Part shown: piece after piece, positions 48,860 through 60,548 of the stretch
Numbering within the stretch: position 1 is the first letter of the stretch
Layout of the letters: the number at the start of each line of letters is the position of its first letter
DNA from: Pavona decussata
Lineage: Eukaryota
Reading direction: 5' to 3'
NCBI GenBank assembly: GCA_977016875.1
Contig: CDRNST010000090.1
Span: 806,001-870,000 of the forward strand
DNA: 64,000 bases
Made by a program: the position numbers and the translations under genes
Notes under the pieces: model-generated
What the model was told of the DNA's origin: nothing
Seen by the model: the letters and a program-made list of their open reading frames with translations, nothing else
Databases searched by the model: none

Positions 48860-51310
48860 AAAAATTGGACACACTATAGTCAGATGTATATTTATGGGTT
48901 AGACTCGGAGATGGGCACGACATTTACATATCCAACAGAGCACTATCCAACGTATACTGTATTCTCATCCAACACAAATTCTCAGCAGACCTTGGTCACA
49001 CATACAGCCCACCAAGCGGATACAGCAATAGAAGACTTCCCCCAAGCATTACTGACAGGAAGTTAAAAGTTTCAGTGACAAAGAAGTGACATCTAGAGGA
49101 GAAATCATCTCTGCGGAATTCTCAACAAAAATGTAGTAGGTAAACTATAGTCTCATGTGCATTTATAGGCTTACATGTGTAGATGCACACGAACTTCACG
49201 TATCCAACAGAGAACCATCCACCACAAATTTTCATGTAGCCCTCGGCAACCCATAATGTCCGAGTGGATACAGCCCATCATTATTGGTCATTCATTGGTC
49301 TGTGCGGATTTCTCAACAAAAAAGTAGTAGGTGAAAATTGATGAAAAACTGATTTACTCATGAGATATATGCAACCAGGATGAAATGTAGAAGAGTTAAT
49401 AATATTCCCAACATCAGTGAGTATCCAGTAACCCAAGCTCAGGACAAAATAACAGTGCAGAGGACAAAAAGATCTATTACCCGCCTAGAGGAAAGAGGCT
49501 AGTCCAAACTGAGATATCCCCCAATCATCAATTTAAGAAAAAAAGCAAACCTTTGATGCCTCAGAAACTTGCAACACTACATTCTTATGTGCAGTTAATG
49601 GGCATACAGTTGGAGCAGGACATGATCTTCACATTTCCAACAGAGCACCATCAAATACAAATTCATACACAGACCTTGGACACACGTACAGCCCACTGAG
49701 GGGATACGGCAATAGAAGACTTCCCTTAATCATTACTGATAGGAAGTTACAAAGTTTCAGTGACAAAGAAGAGACATTTTAGAGAAGAAATTCACTGTAT
49801 GGATTTCTAAATAAAGCGGAGTAGGTAAATGTTAATAGGAAACTGATTTACGCATGCAATATATGTGAACAAGATAACAATAACATTCCCTACACAACAG
49901 AGTACCGAGTAACCCAAGCTCAGGACAAAGTAACAGAGAGATGTGCAAAGGAAATAATAATGATCTATTATCCTCCTAGAGTAAAAAGGTTAGTAGAAAC
50001 TGAGATATCACCCTGTAGTTAATTAAAGAACAAAACCAAACCTTTGGTGTCTCTCGGAACCTTGCAACACTACATTCTTATGTGCATTTAATGGGCACGA
50101 CATTCATTTCCAACAAAGCACCATCCAACACAAATTCACACGCAAACCTTGGACACACATACAGCCCCCGAGGGGATAGAGCAATAGAAGACCTCCCCAT
50201 ATCATTCCTGACAGGATGTTACAAGTTTCAGGGACAAGGCACGGCCATTTTAAAGCAGAAATTGTCCCTAAGGACTTCTTTTAAAGGAGTTGGTAAAAAT
50301 TTACTGAGAAGGTGATCTACTCAAGCAATATATGTAATGAAGATGAACTGTAGAAGAGCTAACATTCCTTACACAACACAGTACCCAGTAACCCAAGCTC
50401 ACAACAAAGTAACTGTAAGAGATGTGCAAAGGACGAAATGATCTCATCCTCCTGGAGCAAGGAGGCTTGTACAAAGCAAGACATCACACAATTATCAATT
50501 CAAGAATAAAAGCAAACCTTTGGTCTCTCTAGCAAACCTACAACACAACATTCTTATGCGAATATAAATAAGTATAGGGCACAAACTGTACAGTCTGATC
50601 AAGAAATGACCTTCACATTTCCAACACACCACCATCTAACACAAATTCACAGGCAGACCTTGGTCACACATACAGCCCGCCAAGCAGATACAGCATTATA
50701 AGACTTTCCACAATCATTACTGACAGGAGGTTACAAGTTTCAGTGACAAAGAAGTGACATTTAGAGGAGAAATCGTATGTGCAGAATTCCCAACAAAAAG
50801 TAGTAGGTAAACATTAATGAGAAACTGATTTACTCAGCAAAATATACGATCAGGAAGAATTAAAAATACTACAGTCTGATGTGCATTTATGGGCTTAGAT
50901 TCTGAGATGGACACGACCTCTACATATCCAACAACGCACCATCCAACACAAATTCTCACGCAGACCTTGACAACATATACACTCCACCAAGTGGATATAG
51001 CCAATCATTCCTGACGCGAAGCTGGTTTTTGTCGCAGTGACCTCGACAAAATAAAGGATTTAGTTTTAGATTCAGCCATAACTGTGGGCGGCAATTGCAG
51101 TTTCATGGTTGTTTCGGGGCGGTCTCTTTCCAAAGTGGAGATGAACGTGACTAAGGTAAGTTTTTGCAGAAGATACAAGTTTCAGTGACAAAGATGTGAC
51201 ATTTTGAGGAAACAACATCTGTGCGGATTTCTCAGCAAAAACAAAATGTAAGTTAAAGTTAACTGATTTGCTCATGCAATAACTGCCATCAGGATGAATC
51301 AAAAACTGGC
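48860..51310 (+). repeat. Degenerate ~470-510-bp tandem array containing TLDc-domain C-terminal coding fragments
   Basis: Anchor GTAGGTAAA...AAACTGATTTACTCA recurs at ~49325, 49820, 50288, 50800 and 51245. Each unit has a G.GHD..IS..APSNTNS..NLGHTYSPP.G...L.GSYKFQ-like segment. Outlying copies at 52590-52770 and 59355-59830. Confidence 0.75.
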
Positions 51311-53859
51311 AAGACTAGTCACATTTTAGACAAGTGAAGGATATTTGCCATGATTTATGGCCCTGTAATGACAGTGAAGGAGCATTGTTTATATTTAAAT
51401 ATCTCTGTGTCAGTTCCAGCTTTTATCTTGTTGATTGAAATTTTAATGGCTTAACTCCAATCACTGGAAAACAGAACAGCTAAAATAACTTTTGACAGAC
51501 AAATGAAAAGAGGCAATCACCAAACGGATTGAAATAGTAGCGACACTTCAAGCCAGACCACCTTTTAAAATCACATTAACTGTGAAAAGTTCTCTTCTAG
51601 TTACAACAATAGCATTTGTGACGTCAGCAGTTCGGAGGCTTTATCTGATGAAAAACGCTCGAATGAATGAAATTTGTATGACATGGATGTTGGTAAAATG
51701 TCGGAAACTGGCATGGATGCCAGACCTTGTCCTTACTCAAGTCCTGTATGGTAAATAAAATATGGAGCACATTTCCAGCAGATTCCAGTTCTTCAAACAT
51801 GGGGTGAAAGTGACAAAACATGCGAGAAAGACGAATGAAACCTTTTTGTATTTACATCACATTGCCCTGATTTTATGCCTTTGCTGAGTTGATTCCAATT
51901 TTGAGGTTTCTTAAGTATGTCCGACACATTGTAACCGGCCCACAGCAGAGTTCAAGTCCACAATGGTTCAAACTTACCCAGAGGGACTTTCCAGGCCACT
52001 CAACTGCTGCCTTCACACTACACATAGGTCACACTTGGTGTAAGCATTGTTTTGGTACCTGATTTACTTTGTTGCATTGCATATCAAACAATACATGAAC
52101 ATTTACTTGGGAGATTTCCTGCACGTAAGATAACATGTTAAAGAACTTTCCGAGTTCACTTCATTTGAAGTATTTAAATGTTTAAACAGGATAAGCTAAC
52201 CCCTTTTTAAGCAACCTGGGCCTTAAGTCTTTATATGGTGGACTCTCGCAATTTAGACATTTTTAATATTAAGTTATTTTCCTGACTGCCGTGTTTTTAC
52301 AGTCTTATGGAACATTTTTAAATGTGTAGAACATGTTTAAAAGACATGATGTTGTGTTCTTCTCGCTGGGCCTCAAAATTTTTCTAACAAGTACATTTCA
52401 CTACATAAGAGGTTACAGGAGGACAGATGTTACTGGAGGCATGCATTAACTACCATGTTACCCTGATTATAAGAAAGATATAAATCAGTCAAACCATTTA
52501 CTAGTCAAGAGGGTGAAAAAAATAATGCCTGAACAACTTTTCAACAAAAAGGTTCTTCTAAGTTACCAAAGATAATGCTTAGAATTATTATAGTCAGATA
52601 TAATCTGAACGGGACATGTCATACATTTCAGAAAGCACCATCCAAAACAAATTCACACGCAAATCTTGGCTACACATACAGCCCACAAAGTGGATACAGC
52701 AATGGAAGACTTCGCCAAAACATTCCTGGCAGGAAGCTTTAACTTTCAGTGACAAACTAGAGACATTGAAGAAAACAAATCATTATAAATTAAGACCACT
52801 TTCCATACATATGACTCAGCTTTTAGACAGGGATCAGTTATCAATCATCAGTGGTTTTGAGAAGATTGTAATCGGATTATGTTTGGTAATAACCAATAGC
52901 TATTGTAGCCCACCCTAAGGAAATTAGCATATGCATGTGTTACCACAAAGAAACAATAGTCAACTCATGTCACCTTAGGTTTGCAGGCAGACTTACATAG
53001 AGAAGGCATTTTATGTCCAATGATTATTTAACTAGTGTGCATTGTAATGTTAAGATAGAACGGTTAAAAAATAAGAGTGAACAGAACAAACAACGAACAG
53101 AGCCCAATGAAGTGAAGAAAATTATATATACAGTCCTGAGTATTTGTTGCCCCTTCCGCTTGGCATGGGTGCCCATAGCGGGGTTGAAGCGTTGTGCCAG
53201 CCATGGCAGCATTATTCAGTCTAGGGGCTGGCTGCCAATAGTAGAAGCCCTTAGACATTCCAGGGACGCAACCTCCACTAAGCAATGCAGTTGTTAAACT
53301 AGGAATATACACTGCACACCAATCATAATGGTACATAAAAGAAGATGGATAATTATATTCCTAAAGACTTAAATACATTCTCATGCCTTACAAATTTTAT
53401 TGCATTCAACGAAGGAAGAACGCTTCCTAATCTTCTGGATTGCCTGTTATCGCATCGGTTCCCTGTGCACGCAAGCAAAAGCTGACCCGTGTTTTTTCGT
53501 TCCATGGTTCACCTTTTCGGCGGCATTTTGAATGACGTCACAATTTGGTTGCGCAAAGCATTCTGCCTCGTGCTTCGCTGTTTGTCGGACGTGTTGGAAG
53601 GTTCAAGCTTTATTGCTGTTTGGTCGGTACGTTATTTTGTTATGTTGTTAAAAAATTTCGCAGCTGTGCGAAGAAAGTCACCATCAAAGGCAAGCTTGCC
53701 TATTGTGAAAGAGGTAAGATGACAGAAATTAAGTGCTTGCAGTGTGCAATGGAGCTTCAAAATTGTTGTTCACACTGAAGATAACTCACGACTAAAGATC
53801 AACCTTAACATCTATGGTCAGCAGATGGTGCAGAAGCTGTTTACAATCTGTGATAACCG

Positions 53860-54760
53860 AAACAGCATCAGAAGATGAAGCGGAGGTGGCAATACTCAAC
53901 ACTGCGCTCTTTAAGTTCAGCTTTGACACACAGTCTCATAAAGTTATTGACATTGATCCCATCCACATTTAAACATACAACTGTACTGTATCAGTTTATT
54001 AACACAGAAAACAATACAACCTTTCTTCAAAGTCTTTATAGGCACCATAAACGGTGCAAAGAAAACTGTTAAGTTTATTTACGTTCAAAAATGGACTTTC
54101 TTTAAACAGTTCATGCATGTTTCCATTACATGTAATATGTTGTGCTCCTGCTCATAATTTTGACTTGCAAATACAGAGCAAATAACTAAAACAGCATCAA
54201 GACGAACCAGTTGACACACAATATTCAACACTGAGCTCCTTAGGTTAAGCTTTGACACACAGTCTAATAAAGTTATTGATATTGATCCCGTCCTAATTTA
54301 AACATACACCTGTACAGGATCAGTTTTATTAACTTAGAAAACAGTACAACCTTTCTTCATAGTCTTTATAGGCACCATAAACGGTGCAAAGAAAACTGTC
54401 AAGTTTATAACAGTTCATGCATGTTTCCATTACATGTAATATGTTGTGTTTCTTGTTTATAATTTTGACTTGCAAATACAGAGCAAATAACTAAAACAGC
54501 ATCAAGATGAAGCAGTTGACACACAATATTCAACACTGAGCTCCTTAAGTTATTTCAGCTTTGACACCCAGCCTCATGAAGTTATTGATATTGATCGCGT
54601 CCACATTTAAACATACAACTGTACTGTATCAGTTGTGATGTCTTGAAAGTCTCTGTAAGCACCATAAACGGTGCACAAAACCTGTAAAGTTTACATTGAC
54701 AAAATGGAATTTGATAAACAGTTCATGAATGTTTCCTTAACATGTAATATGTTGTGTCTT
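53860..54760 (+). repeat. ~310-330-bp tandem repeat, 3 units; third unit split by the DIRS element and resuming at ~58810-58843
   Basis: AAACAGCATCA...CAACACTG.GCTC...GCACCATAAACGGTGCA...CATGTAATATGTTGTG recurs at ~53860, 54189 and 54495. Confidence 0.9.
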
Positions 54761-54955
54761 TGTATGTATTTATGCTCGTTGCGTCGGAATGGAGATTATG
54801 TAATTATGCGTACCGCATTGAGGCGTGTTCATCATGCCTATTGTTTGGGTTTGTATAAATTGTCTCTCCACATGTTCTGCTCTCACTTTAGGTCTTTTCA
54901 GTGCCTTCAATCGATCGTCACTTAGTTTCAGCCTTTTTTCCTTCATTTTTTATAG

Positions 54956-55216
54956 GTTGTTCAGCGCCCGGGGCCCTCATCTGGCTTTTCTTCTACTGTT
55001 TCTTCCATTACTCCGCGAAATTTCAACAATTTTCGTCCTCAAGCGTCAAAGATCGCCTTCGATAAATCTCGTTACGACATCTGCTTCGCCTGCGGAAAGA
55101 CAGGCCATTGGCGAGCAAACTGCCCAAACGCATACTTTACAGCCGGCGCCGGATCGACCTACAAACAACGGCAAAGTTATCAAAGCAAAGAGAGTGCCTC
55201 TTCTGGGCAGCAGTGA
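54956..55216 (+). pseudogene. gag C-terminal piece with CCHC zinc knuckle (not in ORF track)
   Basis: CFACGKTGHWRANC at 55082-55123. The frame opens right after a pyrimidine tract + TAG (54955) and ends at TGA 55214-55216. Confidence 0.85.
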
Positions 55217-57221
55217 TGCGATTTCTGTTCATAACGCGGTTAATGATACTCTGGAAGGTATTTCAGACGTGTGTTCTGTTATTGAAGAGTGTTATGAATT
55301 TGAGAATTCACCTACTAGTGTTCAAGCAGTCAAGGGTAGGCTCAGATCTAATTTTAGTTTTTGGTTGCATACTTTAGGCGCAAATGATTTCATTCTCCAG
55401 GTCATTGACAAGGGTTATACCATTCCTTTTATTACAGTTCCCCAGATTGCATTTTTTGACAATAACCATTCAGCCCTTGCGCACTCTGATTTCGTTTTAG
55501 AGGCTATTCAGGAGCTTCTTCTGTCAGGTTCAGTTGTTCAGGTATCTACCCCTCCTCATGTTGTGAACCCTTTGTCTGTTTCCATACAGAGTTGCAGTAA
55601 AAAGAGGTTAATCCTGACCTCAGACATGTGAATAAACACATCTGGAAGGAGAATTTAAATTTGAGTACATTAGAAATGCCTCTGTTTATCTTCCTTTCGA
55701 TCATTTCATGTTTAAATTTGATCTTAAATCTGGCTACCACCATATTGATATTTTGCATGAACATCAAACTTTCTTAGGTTTTTCCTGGGTTGTTAATGGG
55801 GTAAGGAAGTTTTTTGTGTTTACGGTTCTCCCTTTTGGGTTATCTTCTGCCCCATACATTTTTACTAAGGTTACCCGTGTTCTTGTTAGGTATTGGAGAA
55901 GTCACGCTATAAGAACTACAGTTTATCTTGACGATGGGCTCGGTTCTGCCCGTGATTTTGCTTGTTGTGAAGCTGCTTCAGCATTTGTTAGGACTTCGCT
56001 TCAGCTCTCCGGTTTCCTTCACAATGACAGTAAATCCATTTGGCAGCCAACTTCTTGCTTAGTGTGGTTGGGTTATTGTATTGATTTATCCATTCATACC
56101 ATCACTATACCTTCCGAAAGAATTCTCAGTGTTGTACTAGTAATTGATTCAATTCGTTCCCAGTATCCTTTCAGTACCGCTAGGAAATTGGCCCAGTTTG
56201 TTGGTAAGATTATCTCAATGAGTTTTCGTTTTTGGTAATATTACTCGTATCATGACAAGGTATTCCCATTTTGATATTTTGAGAAGTCCTACGTGGGATG
56301 GGAAGATTTCTTTGTCGGGTTCAACTCTTAACGAACTTAGTTTTTTAGAAAGAGAATATTCCTTTCCTTAACAGCAGGTGCCTTCTGTCTGTAAAGCCTC
56401 AATATACCCGTGTATGTTATTCAGATGCAAGTTCTACGGGTTGTGCCAGTTACGCCTTAGATTTTCATAACACCTTTGCCCACGAGACGTGGAGCGTCAA
56501 GGAAGCTCAGAAGAGCTCTTCTTACAGGGAGTTAAAGGCTGTTTCACTCGGTTTAGAATCTTTTTTGCCCTTAGTCAAAGGGCACACTATCAAGTGGTAT
56601 ACTGATAATCAGAGTGTTTCTAGAATTGTCGAAGTGGGTAGCATGACGGAAGATTTGCAACATCTAGCTTTGCGCATTTTTAGTATGTGCTTGCAAAATT
56701 GCATCACATTGGAAGTTGAATGGATCCCGAGATCGGCTAATGACAGAGCTGATTTTCTTAGTAGAATGGTGGATTATGATGATTAGCGGGTAAACAGGGA
56801 CTATTTCCTTTTAGCTGAGGAGAAATGGGGTCCTCACTCAGTAGAACGTTTTGCAAATCACGAAAATACCCAGTTACCCCGCTTCAACAGCAGGTTTTGG
56901 TGCCCTGGAACAGAGGCGGTTGATGCCTTTTCTGTTTCTTGGGCGGGGGAAAATAATTGGCTTGTTCCACCTATTTTTCTCATTCCCCGGGTCATCAATC
57001 ACATTGTCGCACTTGGCGGTTGTGCTACACTTGTTGTTCCACATTGGCCTTCCGCTCCATTTTGGCCACTGATTTTTACAGATGAGGGCATGTCTCCCAT
57101 TTTCTCTGATTTTTTTGAGATCCCTATGGGTACCGATGTTTTCGTTTTGGGTAATTATAAGAATGCCCTCTTTGGATCACAAAATTTCTGTTCAGGGGTT
57201 CTGTTTTTGAGGTTTTCCTAG
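55217..57221 (+). pseudogene. DIRS pol: RT, RNase H and Dam-like N6-adenine methyltransferase domain
   Basis: RT: VVNPLSV...KKRLIL, FDLKSGYHH, LPFGLSSAP, YLDD. RNase H: YSDASS, SSYRELKAV, YTDNQ, WIPRSANDRAD. MT (56787-57221): WGPHSVERFA...LPRFNSRF...DAFSVSW..ENNWLVPP...LVVPHWPSAPFW. Several frameshifts and stops. Confidence 0.92.
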
Positions 57222-57274
57222 AGAGGCCTTATTTTGTAGAATTTGTTATGCTCATTCCACATGGCTTTTAGTGT

Positions 57275-57455
57275 TGTGGGATGCACTTGGATCCCCCTAT
57301 TTTTCGTTGACCACTTGGTCTTTTTTCATAACGCTGGGACCACTTGGACCCAACCTTATTTTGCCACTTGGGCCTTTTTGTTTGGCAATGTTTTTGCTGC
57401 TTGTGGGACCACTTGGACCCAACCTTATTTTGCCACTTGGGCCTTTTTTTGTTGG

Positions 57456-57493
<38 letters not shown>

Positions 57494-57516
57494 CTTGTGG
57501 GACCACTTGGACCCAA
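57275..57516 (+). repeat. ~60-68-bp tandem repeat (3-4 units, core TGGGACCACTTGGACCC) with poly-T
   Basis: Units start at ~57275, 57335, 57402 and 57496; poly-T at ~57459-57489. Confidence 0.85.
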
Positions 57517-57590
57517 TATTATGTTTCTGTTATTATGTTACATGTTTTTTAATTTTTCTTACTCTCTTATTTTTTCTAATTTTGCTTCAG

Positions 57591-58582
57591 ATGTTAAAGC
57601 AGCTGCCAGCCAGACGTATGGCGTTTAACTGTGTGAGAAGTTTTGGCTCACTGTCTTTAATTCTAGAGCTGATAACACTGTTATCAATTATCGTCAATCA
57701 TTTTGTAAATTTAAGGCGTGGTGTCTGCTTAGCTCTGGGGAATTTTCTTTTCTCCCAGCTACTTCAGTTACAGTTTCGTTGTATTTGCATTATTTACTTG
57801 AGAGTTCTTTAGGTAGCTCCACTATTCAAAACGTCTTCTACGCTATTAACTGGGTGCACAAATTAGCTGGTTTTGATAATCGTAATCCATGTGACGGTTT
57901 TATTGTTAAGTCTATTGTTGAGGCTTCACGTCGCGTTCCTTGCAAACCTGTTAGTAAAGCAGAGCCCATTACCCCGGAGATCCTTGGTCTAATTTACCGG
58001 CAATATGGGGAAAGTAGTAACTTACTTGACATCAGGTTTGTCTGTATGTGTTTACTTGCTTATGCTGGGTTTTTCCGCATTTCAGAGCTTCTTAGCATTA
58101 GGAGACCTAATATTGTAACCGAAGATCGTTATCATAGGATTCTCGTTGAAGTCAGCAAGACTGACAGGTATAGAGAGGGTTCCTTGGTCTATATCGCTAA
58201 GACTGGGAATGTTATTTGTCCTTATTTATATCTCATAAAGTACTTGGAAGCTGCCAGGATTCCGTCATCTTCTCACAGTTATATTTTCAGATCCTTACAA
58301 TGTGACAAGAATTTGAAGACCAATGTTTTGTCCTCTAAGCCTCTCACCGCCAGCAGAGCGGGGGAAATTCTGAAGGAGAAGCTAGAAGCCATCGGCTTAG
58401 ACCCCCATAAGTTTAGCAATCACAGCTTTAGGTCCGGAGGGGCTACTTCCGTGGCTAATCTGGATCTCCCGGACAGGCTTTTTAAAGTTCACGGGAGGTG
58501 GAAGTCTGATTCAGCTAAAGATGGCTATGTTCACGATAAAGTTGAGTTGCGTCTTATCGTTCCTTTGCATATTGGCGTGTGA
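57591..58582 (+). pseudogene. DIRS tyrosine recombinase
   Basis: SRADNT...Y...F..FK.WC (SAM-like N-terminus), YAGFFRISEL (Arg), SKTD (Lys), HSFRSGGAT (HxxR), HGRW and KDGY (Tyr). In-frame TAA at 57626-57628. Confidence 0.92.
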
Positions 58583-60548
58583 TTTAAGCAGTTTTTGTTA
58601 CAGCTTGTTTACATTATATTCTTTTTGTGTTTTTTCTTCTATTTGGTTTTTTGTAAAGGTCGTTAGGCGGTTCGTATTTGATGGCACTGCTCGACCTATT
58701 TCTCCAATACAACAATAAATTCATTATTGTGTATTTGCTTGTGTTTGATGTTTGATTACAGAGTTTAGAGCATAAATAAGTTATTTTTGGTACGCAGTTT
58801 AGAAAATAATTATAATTATGACTTGCAAACACAGAGCAAATAAAGAATGTATTTTATTGTAGACTTTCGTTCACTATGTTCTGCTCTTGTCAATAATATA
58901 ACTTACAATAACTTTACCAGCCACCTAAAATAGAGTGTCTGCTTCAACAATGCAAAACTTCAGAAATTAAATTTAATCTTTGATTACTGCTAGTCTTTAA
59001 ACATTTTAAGAGAGCCCACAGCTATTCGTTACCAAGAGGGACTCTCCAAATCACTTTACCACTGCCTCCATACTACACATAGGTCACATTTGGTGTGAGC
59101 ATTGATTTGGTACCTGATTTACGTTGTTGCATTGCATATTGAGAACCCTATGAACGTTTACTTGGGGGGTCTTCTTGCTCATATATATCTTCAAGTTTTT
59201 GCCTCAAAGTTAAATCAGGCAATGGATGTTTCTCAGATACCTGCACCACAGGGACCCACATCAAACATTGTGTTCCCTGCAGAAGTGAAGAGGACATGAA
59301 ACTTATGCCATGCACTCCCAAAACTAGTCTCAATACTACTGTTGAAACATTTATCAACTAGTAGATTTAATTTTAATGAGAAACTGATTTGCTCATGCAA
59401 TACATGTTACAAGAATGAAATATAACAGTTACAATATTTCTTACACCACTGAAAGCCCAGTAGTGCATGCTGCAATGTAGCAAGCAGAGCTAACTACACA
59501 AAATAAAAGAACTATTTATTTTCCATTTTATTATCCAGAAAAAGACTTCTGTACTCCAGGCTGAGACATGTCTCATTCATCAATTACACAATAAAGGCAG
59601 CTCTTTGGTCTCTCTTGCAAACTGACAAAATTATAGTCAGATGTGTGTTTAATGGGCTTACACTTGGAGCAGGGCATGACATCTACATTTCAGAAAGAGC
59701 ACCATCCAACACATATTTTCAGGCAAACCTTGCCCACACATACAGACAACAAAGTGGATACAGCGATGGAAGCCTTCGCCAAAACATTCCTGGCAGGAAG
59801 CTACAACTTTCAGCGACCAAATAAAGACATTCTAGAAGACAAATCATTACAAGTGCAGGCCATTTTCCATGATTCATGGCCCTGCAGTGAGAGTACAGCC
59901 GCATTCCTTATATTTGACTGATATTTATCGGGAAGTTAAACCTTTCTTTATTCAAAATTAAACACCATTCTTATGGTAGATTCATTTCATTTACCACTAT
60001 GTTAAATTAATTTTATATTTTGGACAATTTAGAATCCCTTATAGAAGGCTTTTCTATTCCCATACAGTGTATTTTCTGTACAACTTTGGCAAAAAAAAAA
60101 AGAGGGTGAAAAAAACAAAGAGACATAGCATGGACAGAGCTGAAGAAAAAAAGGGAGAAGATAAAGAAACAAACAAGGGAAAGAGTCTGTAAATACTGCC
60201 AAAGAAAACTAATGGCACACAAAAACCAGCGCCAGAAGCGGCATTGATTCCAATTGTGGGCAATGGCTTCAAGAATTGCATGTCCAAAAAGCATGCAACT
60301 GAAAAGGCCAGGAATTAATTAAAACCCTGGACGAACAGAAATCTGACACCTCCGAGGGGTTGAAAGTTGAAAGTAGTAAAGCGCTAGGGATAAAATGAGA
60401 ACAGAGTAGCTCAGAAAGCCTTTACTTCACTTGCATTTGGAGAAAAGACCAAAAAAAAAACAAGGGCAAGAAAGTCCTTAAGAAAATATGTTTATTTTAA
60501 TTAAATAAGCCTAAGTAAAGTGATAATGGATCAGGAAAGTATCCTTAA

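Larger units (their letters stand above)
54761..58810 (+). mobile_element. DIRS-superfamily tyrosine-recombinase retrotransposon (gag-RT-RNaseH-MT-YR), inactivated
   Basis: Domain order is given in the sub-features. Ends are defined by interruption of the host tandem repeat, with no TSD evident. Confidence 0.92.

Noticed and set aside
57779-58582. Prophage or bacterial integrase (contamination or horizontal transfer)
   Set aside because: Directly linked to DIRS-type RT/RNase H/MT and embedded in animal repeats.
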